Shown here in pieces: positions 40,502 to 56,485 of a DNA stretch of 64,000 nucleotides. Position 1 is the first letter of the stretch; every line of letters begins with the position of its first letter. Source of the stretch: the human T2T-CHM13v2.0 reference genome, Homo sapiens; NCBI RefSeq assembly GCF_009914755.1, contig NC_060925.1; one strand, given 5' to 3'. A program made the position numbers and the translations under genes. The notes under the pieces are model-generated. The model made no database searches, was not told the origin of the DNA, and saw nothing but the letters and a program-made list of their open reading frames with translations.

Positions 40502-43500
40502 ATGGAATCGTCATCGAATGAATTGAATGCAATCATCGAATGGTCTCGAATGGAATCATCTTCTAATGGAAAGGAATGGAATCATCGCATAGAATCGAAT
40601 GGAATTATCATCGAATGGAATCGAATGGTATCAACACCAAACGGAAAAAAACGGAATTATCGAATGGAATCGAAGAGAATCTTCGAACGGACCCGAATGG
40701 AATCATCTAATGGAATGGAATGGAATAATCCATGGACTCGAATGCAATCATCATCGAATGGAAATGAATGGAATCATCGAATGGACTCGAATGGAATAAT
40801 CATTGAACGGAATCGAATGGAATCATCATCGGATGGAAACGAATGGAATCATCATCGAATGGAAATGAAAGGAGTCATCATCTAATGGAATTGCATGGAA
40901 TCATCATAAAATGGAATCGAATGGAATCAACATCAAATGGAATCAAATGGAATCATTGAACGGAATTGAATGGAATCGTCATCGAATGAATTGACTACAA
41001 TCACCGAATGGTCTCGAATGGAATCATCTTCAAATGGAATGGAATGGAATCATCGCATAGAATCGAATGGAATTATCATCGAATGGAATCGAATGGAATC
41101 AACATCAAACGGAAAAAAACAGAATTATCGTATGGAATCGAAGAGAATCATCGAATGGACCCGAATGGAATCATCTAATGGAATGGAATGGAATAATCCA
41201 TGGACTCGAATGCAATCATCATCGAATGGAATCGAATGGAATCATCGAATGGACTCGAATGGAATAATCATTGAACGGAATCGAATGGAATCATCATCGG
41301 ATGGAAATGAATGGAATCATCATCGAATGGAATCGAATAGAATTATGGAATGAAATCCAGTGTGATCATCATCGAATGGACCCGAATGGAATCATCATCC
41401 AACGGAAGCTAATGGAATCAACATCGAATGAATCGAATGGAAACACCATCGAATTGAACCGAATGGAATTATCATGAAATTGAAATGGATGGACTCATCA
41501 TCGAATGGATTCGAATGGAATCATCGAATAAAATTGATTGAAATCATCATCGAATGGAATCGAATGGTATCATTGAATGGAATCGAATGGAATCATCATC
41601 AGATGGAAATGAATGGAATCGTCATAGAATGGAATCGAATGGATTCATTGAATGGAATCAGATGGAATCATCGAATGGACTGGAATGGAATCATTGAATG
41701 GACTCGAAAGGGATCATTATTGAATGGAATTGAATGGAATCATCGAATGGTCTCGATTGGAATCATTATCAAATGGAATCGAATGGAATCACCGAATAGA
41801 ATCGAATGGAACAATCATCGAATGGACTCAAATGGAATTATCCTCAAATGGAATGGAATGGAATTATCGAATGCAATCGAATGGAATTATCGAATGCAAT
41901 CGAATAGAATCATCGAATGGACTCGAATGGAATCATCGAATGGAATGGAATGGAACAGTCAATGAACTCGAATGGAATCATCATTGAATGGAATCGAATG
42001 GAATCATCGAGTGGAATCGAATGGAATTATGATCAAATGGAATCGAATGTAATCATCATCAAATGGAATCAAAAATAACCATCATCAATTGGTATTGAAT
42101 GGAATTGTCATCAAATGGAATTCAAAGGAATCATCATCAAATGGAACCGAATGGAATCCTCATTGAATGGAAATGAAAGGGGTCATCATCTAATGGCATC
42201 GCATGGAATCATCATCAAATGGAATCGAATGGAATCATCATCAAATGGAATCTAATGGAATCATTGAACAGAATTGAATGGAATGGTCATCGAATGAATT
42301 GAATGCAATCATCGAATGGTCTCGAATGGAATCATCTTCTAATGGAAAGGAATGGAATCATCGCATAGAATCGATTGGAATTATCATCGAATGGAATCGA
42401 ATGGTATCAACACCAAACGGAAAAAAACGGAATTATCGAATGGAATCGAAGAGAATCTTCGAACGGACCCGAATGGAATCATCTAATGGAATGGAATGGA
42501 ATAATCCATGGACTCGAATGCAATCATCATCGAATGGAATCGAATGGAATCATCGAATGGACTCGAATGGAATAATCATTGAACGGAATCGAATGGAATC
42601 ATCATCGGATGGAAACGAATGGAATCATCATCGAATGGAAATGAAAGGAGTCATCATCTAATGGAATTGCATGGAATCATCATAAAATGGAATCGAATGG
42701 AATCAACATCAAATGGAATCAAATGGAATCATTGAACGGAATTGAATGGAATCGTCATCGAATGAATTGACTGCAATCATCCAATGGTCTCGAATGGAAT
42801 CATCTTCAAATGGAATGGAATGGAATCATCGCATAGAATCGAATGGAATTATCATCGAATGGAATCGAATGGAATCAACATCAAACGGAAAAAAACGGAA
42901 TTATCGAATGGAATCGAAGAGAATCATCGAATGGACCCGAATGGAATCATCTAATGGAATGGAATGGAATAATCCATGGACTCGAATGCAATCATCATCG
43001 AATGGAATCGAATGGAATCATCGAATGGACTCGAATGGAATAATCATTGAACGGAATCGAATGGAATCATCATCGGATGGAAATGAATGGAATCATCATC
43101 GAATGGAATCGAATAGAATTATGGAATGAAATCCAGTGTGATCATCATCGAATGGACCCGAATGGAATCATCATCCAACGGAAGCTAATGGAATCAACAT
43201 CGAATGAATCGAATGGAAACACCATCGAATTGAAACGAATGGAATTATCATGAAATTGAAATGGATGGACTCATCATCAAATGGATTCGAATGGAATCAT
43301 CGAATAAAATTGATTGAAATCATCATCGAATGGAATCGAATGGTATCATTGAATGGAATCGAATGGAATCATCATCAGATGGAAATGAATGGAATCGTCA
43401 TAGAATGGAATCGAATGGATTCATTGAATGGAATCAGATGGAATCATCGAATGGACTGGAATGGAATCATTGAATGGACTCGAAAGGGATCATGATTGAA

Positions 43501-46500
43501 TGGAATTGAATGGAATCATCGAATGGTCTCGATTGGAATCATTATCAAATGGAATCGAATGGAATCACCGAATAGAATCGAATGGAACAATCATCGAATG
43601 GACTCAAATGGAATTATCCTCAAATGGAATCGAATGGAATTATCGAATGCAATCGAATGGAATTATCGAATGCAATCGAATAGAATCATCGAATGGACTC
43701 GAATGGAATCATCGAATGGAATGGAATGGAACAGTCAATGAACACGAATGCAATCATCATTGAATGGAATCGAATGGAATCATCGAGTGGAATCGAATGG
43801 AATTATGATCAAATGGAATCGAATGTAATCATCATCAAATGGAATCAAAAATAACCATCATCAATTGCTATTGAATGGAATTGTCATCAAATGGAATTCA
43901 AAGGAATCATCATCAAATGGAACCGAATGGAATCCTCATTGAATGGAAATGAAAGGGGTCATCATCTAATGGAATCGCATGGAATCATCATCAAATGGAA
44001 TCGAATGGAATCATCATCAAATGGAATCTAATGGAATCATTGAACAGAATTGAATGGAATCGTCATCGAATGAATTGAATGCAATCATCGAATGGTCTCG
44101 AATGGAATCATCTTCTAATGGAAAGGAATGGAATCATCGCATAGAATCGAATGGAATTATCATCGAATGGAATCGAATGGTATCAACACCAAACGGAAAA
44201 AAACGGAATTATCGAATGGAATCGAAGAGAATCTTCGAACGGACCCGAATGGAATCATCTAATGGAATGGAATGGAATAATCCATGGACTCGAATGCAAT
44301 CATCATCGAATGGAATCGAATGGAATCATCGAATGGACTCGAATGGAATAATCATTGAACGGAATCGAATGGAATCATCATCGGATGGAAACGAATGGAA
44401 TCATCATCGAATGGAAATGAAAGGAGTCATCATCTAATGGAATTGCATGGAATCATCATCAAATGGAATCGAATGGAATCAACATCAAATGGAATCTAAT
44501 GGAATCATTGAACAGAATTGAATGGAATCGTCATCGAATGAATTGACTGCAATCATCGAATGGTCTCGAATGGAATCATCTTCTAATGGAAAGGAATGGA
44601 ATCATTGCATAGAATCGAATGGAATTATCATCGAATGGAATCGAATGGTATCAACACCAAACGGAAAAAAACGGAATTATCGAAAGGAATCGAAGAGAAT
44701 CTTCGAACGGACCCGAATGGAATCATCTAATGGAATGGAATGGAATAATCCATGGACTCGAATGCAATCATCATCGAATGGAATCGAATGGAATCATCGA
44801 ATGGACTCGAATGGAATAATCATTGAACGGAATCGAATGGAATCATCATCGGATGGAAATGAATGGAATCATCATCGAATGGAATCGAATAGAATTATGG
44901 AATGAAATCCAGTGTGATCATCATCGAATGGACCCGAATGGAATCATCATCCAACAGAAGCTAATGGAATCAACATCGAATGAATCGAATGGAAACACCA
45001 TCGAATTCAAACGAATGGAATTACCATGAAATTGAAATGGATGGACTCATCATCGAATGGATTCGGATGGAATCATCGAATAAAATTGATTGAAATCATC
45101 ATCGAATGGAATCGAATGGTATCATTGAATGGAATCGAATGGAATCATCATCAGATGGAAATGAATGGAATCGTCATAGAATGGAATCGAATGGATTCAT
45201 TGAATGGAATCAGATGGAATCATCGAATGGACTGGAATGGAATCATTGAATGGACTCGAAAGGGATCATGATTGAATGGAATTGAATGGAATCATCGAAT
45301 GGTCTCGATTGGAATCATTATTAAATGGAATCGAATGGAATCACCGAATAGAATCGAATGGAACAATCATCGAATGGACTCAAATGGAATTATCCTCAAA
45401 TGGAATCGAATGGAATTATCAAATGCAATCGAATGGAATTATCGAATGCAATCGAATAGAATCATCGAATGGACTCGAATGGAATCATCGAATGGAATGG
45501 AATGGAACAGTCAATGAACTCGAATGGAATCATCATTGAATGGAATCGAATGTAATCATCGAGTGGAATCGAATGGAATTATGATCAAATGGAATCGAAT
45601 GTAATCATCATCAAATGGAATCAAAAATAACCATCATCAATTGGTATTGAATGGAATTGTCATCAAATGGAATTCAAAGGAATCATCATCAAATGGAACC
45701 GAATGGAATCCTCATTGAATGGAAATGAAAGGGGTCATCATCTAATGGAATCGCATGGAATCATCATCAAATGGAATCGAATGGAATCATCATCAAATGG
45801 AATCTAATGGAATCATTGAACAGAATTGAATGGAATCGTCATCGAATGAATTGAATGCAATCATCGAATGGTCTCGAATGGAATCATCTTCTAATGGAAA
45901 GGAATGGAATCATCGCATAGAATCGAATGGAATTATCATCGAATGGAATCGAATGGTATCAACACCAAACGGAAAAAAACGGAATTATCGAATGGAATCG
46001 AAGAGAATCTTCGAACGGACCCGAATGGAATCATCTAATGGAATGGAATGGAATAATCCATGGACTCGAATGCAATCATCATCGAATGGAATCGAATGGA
46101 ATCATCGAATGGACTCGAATGGAATAATCATTGAACGGAATCGAATGGAATCATCATCGGATGGAAACGAATGGAATCATCATCGAATGGAAATGAAAGG
46201 AGTCATCATCTAATGGAATTGCATGGAATCATCATAAAATGGAATCGAATGGAATCAACATCAAATGGAATCAAATGGAATCATTGAACGGAATTGAATG
46301 GAATCGTCATCGAATGAATTGACTGCAATCATCGAATGGTCTCGAATGGAATCATCTTCAAATGGAATGGAATGGAATCATCGCATAGAATCGAATGGAA
46401 TTATCATCGAATGGAATCGAATGGAATCAACATCAAACGGAAAAAAACAGAATTATCGTATGGAATCGAAGAGAATCATCGAGTGGACCAGAATGGAATC

Positions 46501-49500
46501 ATCTAATGGAATGGAATGGAATAATCCATGGACTCGAATGCAATCATCATCGAATGGAATCGAATGGAATCATCGAATGGACTCGAATGGAATAATCATT
46601 GAACGGAATCGAATGGAATCATCATCGGATGGAAATGAATGGAATCATCATCGAATGGAATCGAATAGAATTATGGAATGAAATCCAGTGTGATCATCAT
46701 CGAATGGACCCGAATGGAATCATCATCCAACGGAAGCTAATGGAATCAACATCGAATGAATCGAATGGAAACACCATCGAATTGAAACGAATGGAATTAT
46801 CATGAAATTGAAATGGATGGACTCATCATCGAATGGATTCGAATGGAATCATCGAATAAAATTGATTGAAATCATCATCCAATGGAATCGAATGGTATCA
46901 TTGAATGGAATCGAATGGAATCATCATCAGATGGAAATGAATGGAATCGTCATAGAATGGAATCGAATGGATTCATTGAATGGAATCAGATGGAATCATC
47001 GAATGGACTGGAATGGAATCATTGAATGGACTCGAAAGGGATCATGATTGAATGGAATTGAATGGAATCATCGAATGGTCTCGATTGGAATCATTATCAA
47101 ATGGAATCGAATGGAATCATCGAATAGAATCGAATGGAACAATCATCGAATGGACTCAAATGGAATTATCCTCAAATGGAATCGAATGGAATTATCGAAT
47201 GCAATCGAATGGAATTATCGAATGCAATCGAATAGAATCATCGAATGGACTCGATTGGAATCATCGAATGGAATGGAATGGAACAGTCAATGAACACGAA
47301 TGGAATCATCATTGAATGGAATCTAATGGAATCATCGAGTGGAATCGAATGGAATTATGATCAAATGGAATCGAATGTAATCATCATCAAATGGAATCAA
47401 AAATAACCATCATCAATTGGTATTGAATGGAATTGTCATCAAATGGAATTCAAAGGAATCATCATCAAATGGAACCGAATGGAATCCTCATTGAATGGAA
47501 ATGAAAGGGGTCATCATCTAATGGAATCGCATGGAATCATCATCAAATGGAATCGAATGGAATCATCATCAAATGGAATCTAATGGAATCATTGAACAGA
47601 ATTGAATGGAATCGTCATCGAATGAATTGAATGCAATCATCGAATGGTCTCGAATGGAATCATCTTCTAATGGAAAGGAATGGAATCATCGCATAGAATC
47701 GAATGGAATTATCATCGAATGGAATCGAATGGTATCAACACCAAACGGAAAAAAACGGAATTATCGAATGGAATCGAAGAGAATCTTCGAACGGACCCGA
47801 ATGGAATCATCTAATGGAATGGAATGGAATAATCCATGGACTCGAATGCAATCATCATCGAATGGAATCGAATGGAATCATCGAATGGACTCGAATGGAA
47901 TAATCATTGAACGGAATCGAATGGAATCATCATCGGATGGAAACGAATGGAATCATCATCGAATGGAAATGAAAGGAGTCATCATCTAATGCAATTGCAT
48001 GGAATCATCATCAAATGGAATCGAATGGAATCAACATCAAATGGAATCTAATGGAATCATTGAACAGAATTGAATGGAATCGTCATCGAATGAATTGACT
48101 GCAATCATCGAATGGTCTCGAATGGAATCATCTTCTAATGGAAAGGAATGGAATCATCGCATAGAATCGAATGGAATTATCATCGAATGGAATCGAATGG
48201 TATCAACACCAAACCGAAAAAAACGGAATTATCGAAAGGAATCGAAGAGAATCTTCGAACGGACCCGAATGGAATCATCTAATGGAATGGAATGGAATAA
48301 TCCATGGACTCGAATGCAATCATCATCGAATGGAATCGAATGGAATCATCGAATGGACTCGAATGGAATAATCATTGAACGGAATCGAATGGAATCATCA
48401 TCGGATGGAAATGAATGGAATCATCATCGAATGGAATCGAATAGAATTATGGAATGAAATCCAGTGTGATCATCATCGAATGGACCCGAATGGAATCATC
48501 ATCCAACAGAAGCTAATGGAATCAACATCGAATGAATCGAATGGAAACACCATCGAATTCAAACGAATGGAATTACCATGAAATTGAAATGGATGGACTC
48601 ATCATCGAATGGATTCGGATGGAATCATCGAATAAAATTGATTGAAATCATCATCGAATGGAATCGAATGGTATCATTGAATGGAATCGAATGGAATCAT
48701 CATCAGATGGAAATGAATGGAATCGTCATAGAATGGAATCGAATGGATTCATTGAATGGAATCAGATGGAATCATCGAATGGACTGGAATGGAATCATTG
48801 AATGGACTCGAAAGGGATCATGATTGAATGGAATTGAATGGAATCATCGAATGGTCTCGATTGGAATCATTATTAAATGGAATCGAATGGAATCACCGAA
48901 TAGAATCGAATGGAACAATCATCGAATGGACTCAAATGGAATTATCCTCAAATGGAATCGAATGGAATTATCAAATGCAATCGAATGGAATTATCGAATG
49001 CAATCGAATAGAATCATCGAATGGACTCGAATGGAATCATCGAATGGAATGGAATGGAACAGTCAATGAACTCGAATGGAATCATCATTGAATGGAATCG
49101 AATGTAATCATCGAGTGGAATCGAATGGAATTATGATCAAATGGAATCGAATGTAATCATCATCAAATGGAATCAAAAATAACCATCATCAATTGGTATT
49201 GAATGGAATTGTCATCAAATGGAATTCAAAGGAATCATCATCAAATGGAACCGAATGGAATCCTCATTGAATGGAAATGAAAGGGGTCATCATCTAATGG
49301 AATCGCATGGAATCATCATCAAATGGAATCGAATGGAATCATCATCAAATGGAATCTAATGGAATCATTGAACAGAATTGAATGGAATCGTCATCGAATG
49401 AATTGAATGCAATCATCGAATGGTCTCGAATGGAATCATCTTCTAATGGAAAGGAATGGAATCATCGCATAGAATCGAATGGAATTATCATCGAATGGAA

Positions 49501-52500
49501 TCGAATGGTATCAACACCAAACGGAAAAAAACGGAATTATCGAATGGAATCGAAGAGAATCTTCGAACGGACCCGAATGGAATCATCTAATGGAATGGAA
49601 TGGAATAATCCATGGACTCGAATGCAATCATCATCGAATGGAATCGAATGGAATCATCGAATGGACTCGAATGGAATAATCATTGAACGGAATCGAATGG
49701 AATCATCATCGGATGGAAACGAATGGAATCATCATCGAATGGAAATGAAAGGAGTCATCATCTAATGCAATTGCATGGAATCATCATCAAATGGAATCGA
49801 ATGGAATCAACATCAAATGGAATCTAATGGAATCATTGAACAGAATTGAATGGAATCGTCATCGAATGAATTGACTGCAATCATCGAATGGTCTCGAATG
49901 GAATCATCTTCTAATGGAAAGGAATGGAATCATCGCATAGAATCGAATGGAATTATCATCGAATGGAATCGAATGGTATCAACACCAAACGGAAAAAAAC
50001 GGAATTATCGAAAGGAATCGAAGAGAATCTTCGAACGGACCCGAATGGAATCATCTAATGGAATGGAATGGAATAATCCATGGACTCGAATGCAATCATC
50101 ATCGAATGGAATCGAATGGAATCATCGAATGGACTCGAATGGAATAATCATTGAACGGAATCGAATGGAATCATCATCGGATGGAAATGAATGGAATCAT
50201 CATCGAATGGAATCGAATAGAATTATGGAATGAAATCCAGTGTGATCATCATCGAATGGACCCGAATGGAATCATCATCCAACAGAAGCTAATGGAATCA
50301 ACATCGAATGAATCGAATGGAAACACCATCGAATTCAAACGAATGGAATTACCATGAAATTGAAATGGATGGACTCATCATCGAATGGATTCGGATGGAA
50401 TCATCGAATAAAATTGATTGAAATCATCATCGAATGGAATCGAATGGTATCATTGAATGGAATCGAATGGAATCATCATCAGATGGAAATGAATGGAATC
50501 GTCATAGAATGGAATCGAATGGATTCATTGAATGGAATCAGATGGAATCATCGAATGGACTGGAATGGAATCATTGAATGGACTCGAAAGGGATCATGAT
50601 TGAATGGAATTGAATGGAATCATCGAATGGTCTCGATTGGAATCATTATTAAATGGAATCGAATGGAATCACCGAATAGAATCGAATGGAACAATCATCG
50701 AATGGACTCAAATGGAATTATCCTCAAATGGAATCGAATGGAATTATCAAATGCAATCGAATGGAATTATCGAATGCAATCGAATAGAATCATCGAATGG
50801 ACTCGAATGGAATCATCGAATGGAATGGAATGGAACAGTCAATGAACTCGAATGGAATCATCATTGAATGGAATCGAATGGAATCATCGAGTGGAATCGA
50901 ATGGAATTATGATCAAATGGAATCGAATGTAATCATCATCAAATGGAATCAAAAATAACCATCATCAATTGGTATTGAATGGAATTGTCATCAAATGGAA
51001 TTCAAAGGAATCATCATCAAATGGAACCGAATGGAATCCTCATTGAATGGAAATGAAAGGGGTCATCATCTAATGGAATCGCATGGAATCATCATCAAAT
51101 GGAATCGAATGGAATCATCATCAAATGGAATCTAATGGAATCATTGAACAGAATTGAATGGAATCGTCATCGAATGAATTGAATGCAATCATCGAATGGT
51201 CTCGAATGGAATCATCTTCTAATGGAAAGGAATGGAATCATCGCATAGAATCGAATGGAATTATCATCGAATGGAATCGAATGGTATCAACACCAAACGG
51301 AAAAAAACGGAATTATCGAATGGAATCGAAGAGAATCTTCGAACGGACCCGAATGGAATCATCTAATGGAATGGAATGGAATAATCCATGGACTCGAATG
51401 CAATCATCATCGAATGGAATCGAATGGAATCATCGAATGGACTCGAATGGAATAATCATTGAACGGAATCGAATGGAATCATCATCGGATGGAAACGAAT
51501 GGAATCATCATCGAATGGAAATGAAAGGAGTCATCATCTAATGGAATTGCATGGAATCATCATAAAATGGAATCGAATGGAATCAACATCAAATGGAATC
51601 AAATGGAATCATTGAACGGAATTGAATGGAATCGTCATCGAATGAATTGACTGCAATCATCGAATGGTCTCGAATGGAATCATCTTCAAATGGAATGGAA
51701 TGGAATCATCGCATAGAATCGAATGGAATTATCAACGAATGGAATCGAATGGAATCAACATCAAATGGAAAAAAACAGAATTATCGTATGGAATCGAAGA
51801 GAATCATCGAGTGGACCCGAATGGAATCATCTAATGGAATGGAATGGAATAATCCATGGACTCGAATGCAATCATCATCGAATGGAATCGAATGGAATCA
51901 TCGAATGGACTCGAATGGAATAATCATTGAACGGAATCGAATGGAATCATCATCGGATGGAAATGAATGGAATCATCATCGAATGGAATCGAATAGAATT
52001 ATGGAATGAAATCCAGTGTGATCATCATCGAATGGACCCGAATGGAATCATCATCCAACGGAAGCTAATGGAATCAACATCGAATGAATCGAATGGAAAC
52101 ACCATCGAATTGAAACGAATGGAATTATCATGAAATTGAAATGGATGGACTCATCATCGAATGGATTCGAATGGAATCATCGAATAAAATTGATTGAAAT
52201 CATCATCCAATGGAATCGAATGGTATCATTGAATGGAATCGAATGGAATCATCATCAGATGGAAATGAATGGAATCGTCATAGAATGGAATCGAATGGAT
52301 TCATTGAATGGAATCAGATGGAATCATCGAATGGACTGGAATGGAATCATTGAATGGACTCGAAAGGGATCATGATTGAATGGAATTGAATGGAATCATC
52401 GAATGGTCTCGATTGGAATCATTATCAAATGGAATCGAATGGAATCATCGAATAGAATCGAATGGAACAATCATCGAATGGACTCAAATGGAATTATCCT

Positions 52501-55500
52501 CAAATGGAATCGAATGGAATTATCGAATGCAATCGAATGGAATTATCGAATGCAATCGAATAGAATCATCGAATGGACTCGAATGGAATCATCGAATGGA
52601 ATGGAATGGAACAGTCAATGAACACGAATGGAATCATCATTGAATGGAATCTAATGGAATCATCGAGTGGAATCGAATGGAATTATGATCAAATGGAATC
52701 GAATGTAATCATCATCAAATGGAATCAAAAATAACCATCATCAATTGCTATTGAATGGAATTGTCATCAAATGGAATTCAAAGGAATCATCATCAAATGG
52801 AACCGAATGGAATCCTCATTGAATGGAAATGAAAGGGGTCATCATCTAATGGAATCGCATGGAATCATCATCAAATGGAATCGAATGGAATCATCATCAA
52901 ATGGAATCTAATGGAATCATTGAACAGAATTGAATGGAATCGTCATCGAATGAATTGAATGCAATCATCGAATGGTCTCGAATGGAATCATCTTCTAATG
53001 GAAAGGAATGGAATCATCGCATAGAATCGAATGGAATTATCATCGAATGGAATCGAATGGTATCAACACCAAACGGAAAAAAACGGAATTATCGAATGGA
53101 ATCGAAGAGAATCTTCGAACGGACCCGAATGGAATCATCTAATGGAATGGAATGGAATAATCCATGGACTCGAATGCAATCATCATCGAATGGAATCGAA
53201 TGGAATCATCGAATGGACTCGAATGGAATAATCATTGAACGGAATCGAATGGAATCATCATCGGATGGAAACGAATGGAATCATCATCGAATGGAAATGA
53301 AAGGAGTCATCATCTAATGCAATTGCATGGAATCATCATCAAATAGAATCGAATGGAATCAACATCAAATGGAATCTAATGGAATCATTGAACAGAATTG
53401 AATGGAATCGTCATCGAATGAATTGACTGCAATCATCGAATGGTCTCGAATGGAATCATATTCAAATGGAATGGAATGGAATCATCGCATAGAATCGAAT
53501 GGAATTATCATCGAATGGAATCGAATGGAATCAACAACAAACGGAAAAAAACGGAATTATCGAATGGAATCGAAGAGAATCATCGAATGGACCCGAATGG
53601 AATCATCTAATGGAATGGAATGGAATAATCCATGGACTCGAATGCAATCATCATCGAATGGAATCGAATGGAATCATCGAATGGACTCGAATGGAATAAT
53701 CATTGAACGGAATCGAATGGAATCATCATCGGATGGAAATGAATGGAATCATCATCGAATGGAATCGAATAGAATTATGGAATGAAATCCAGTGTGATCA
53801 TCATCGAATGGACCCGAATGGAATCATCATCCAACGGAAGCTAATGGAATCAACATCGAATGAATCAAATGGAAACACCATCGAATTGAAACGAATGGAA
53901 TTATCATGAAATTGAAACGGATGGACTCATCATCGAATGGATTCGAATGGAATCATCGAATAAAATTGATTGAAATCATCATCGAATGGAATCGAATGGT
54001 ATCATTGAATGGAATCGAATGGAATCATCATCAGATGGAAATGAATGGAATCGTCATAGAATGGAATCGAATGGATTCATTGAATGGAATCAGATGGAAT
54101 CATCGAATGGACTGGAATGGAATCATTGAATGGACTCGAAAGGGATCATGATTGAATGGAATTGAATGGAATCATCGAATGGTCTCGATTGGAATCATTA
54201 TCAAATGGAATCGAATGGAATCACCGAATAGAATCGAATGGAACAATCATCGAATGGACTCAAATGGAATTATCCTCAAATGGAATCGAATGGAATTATC
54301 GAATGCAATCGAATGGAATTATCGAATGCAATCGAATAGAATCATCGAATGGACTCGAATGGAATCATCGAATGGAATGGAATGGAACAGTCAATGAACT
54401 CGAATGGAATCATCATTGAATGGAATCGAATGGAATCATCGAGTGGAATCGAATGGAATTATGATCAAATGGAATCGAATGTAATCATCATCAAATGGAA
54501 TCAAAAATAACCATCATCAATTGGTATTGAATGGAATTGTCATCAAATGGAATTCAAAGGAATCATCATCAAATGGAACCGAATGGAATCCTCATTGAAT
54601 GGAAATGAAAGGGGTCATCATCTAATGGAATCGCATGGAATCATCATCAAATGGAATCGAATGGAATCATCATCAAATGGAATCTAATGGAATCATTGAA
54701 CAGAATTGAATGGAATCGTCATCGAATGAATTGAATGCAATCATCGAATGGTCTCGAATGGAATCATCTTCTAATGGAAAGGAATGGAATCATCGCATAG
54801 AATCGAATGGAATTATCATCGAATGGAATCGAATGGTATCAACACCAAACGGAAAAAAACGGAATTATCGAATGGAATCGAAGAGAATCTTCGAACGGAC
54901 CCGAATGGAATCATCTAATGGAATGGAATGGAATAATCCATGGACTCGAATGCAATCATCATCGAATGGAATCGAATGGAATCATCGAATGGACTCGAAT
55001 GGAATAATCATTGAACGGAATCGAATGGAATCATTATCAGATGGAAACGAATGGAATCATCATCGAATGGAAATGAAAGGAGTCATCATCTAATGGAATT
55101 GCATGGAATCATCATAAAATGGAATCGAATGGAATCAACATCAAATGGAATCAAATGGAATCATTGAACGGAATTGAATGGAATCGTCATCGAATGAATT
55201 GACTGCAATCATCGAATGGTCTCGAATGGAATCATCTTCAAATGGAATGGAATGGAATCATCGCATAGAATCGAATGGAATTATCATCGAATGGAATCGA
55301 ATGGAATCAACATCAAACGGAAAAAAACGGAATTATCGTATGGAATCGAAGAGAATCATCGAATGGACCCGAATGGAATCATCTAATGGAATGGAATGGA
55401 ATAATCCATGGACTCGAATGCAATCATCATCGAATGGATTCGAATGGAATCATCGAATGGACTCGAATGGAATAATCATTGAACGGAATAGAATGGAATC

Positions 55501-56485
55501 ATCATCGGATGGAAATGAATGGAATCATCATCGAATGGAATCGAATAGAATTATGGAATGAAATCCAGTGTGATCATCATCGAATGGACCCGAATGGAAT
55601 CATCATCCAACGGAAGCTAATGGAATCAACATCGAATGAATCGAATGGAAACACCATCGAATTGAAACGAATGGAATTATCATGAAATTGAAATGGATGG
55701 ACTCATCATCGAATGGATTCGAATGGAATCATCGAATAAAATTGATTGAAATCATCATCGAATGGAATCGAATGGTATCATTGAATGGAATCGAATGGAA
55801 TCATCATCAGATGGAAATGAATGGAATCGTCATAGAATGGAATCGAATGGATTCATTGAATGGAATCAGATGGAATCATCGAATGGACTGGAATGGAATC
55901 ATTGAATGGACTCGAAAGGGACCATGATTGAATGGAATTGAATGGAATCATCGAATGGTCTCGATTGGAATCATTATCAAATGGAATCGAATGGAATCAC
56001 CGAATAGAATCGAATGGAACAATCATCGAATGGACTCAAATGGAATTATCCTCAAATGGAATCGAATGGAATTATCGAATGCAATCGAATGGAATTATCG
56101 AATGCAATCGAATAGAATCATCGAATGGACTCGAATGGAATCATCGAATGGAATGGAATGGAACAGTCAATGAACTCGAATGGAATCATCATTGAATGGA
56201 ATCGAATGGAATCATCGAGTGGAACCGAATGGAATTATGATCAAATGGAATCGAATGTAATCATCATCAAATGGAATCAAAAATAACCATCATCAATTGG
56301 TATTGAATGGAATTCTCATCAAATGGAATTCAAAGGAATCATCATCAAATGGAACCGAATGGAATCCTCATTGAATGGAAATGAAAGGGGTCATCATCTA
56401 ATGGAATCGCAAGGAATCATCATAAAATGGAATCGAATGGAATCAACATCAAATGGAATCAAATGGAATCATTGAACGGAATTGA
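40502..56485 (+). repeat. Nine 1776-bp units, three of which carry a B/A chimeric second subrepeat
   Basis: Markers every 1776 bp from 40502 to 56486. The second subrepeats at 44522, 48074 and 49850 begin with B markers and continue with A markers. Confidence 0.92.

Noticed and set aside
41474-41965. Longer 163-aa ORFs (also 61010-61501 and 62317-62808)
   Set aside because: A single TGA to TTA change (ggatcatgattg to ggatcattattg) fuses two spurious ORFs. It is a satellite variant, not a gene.
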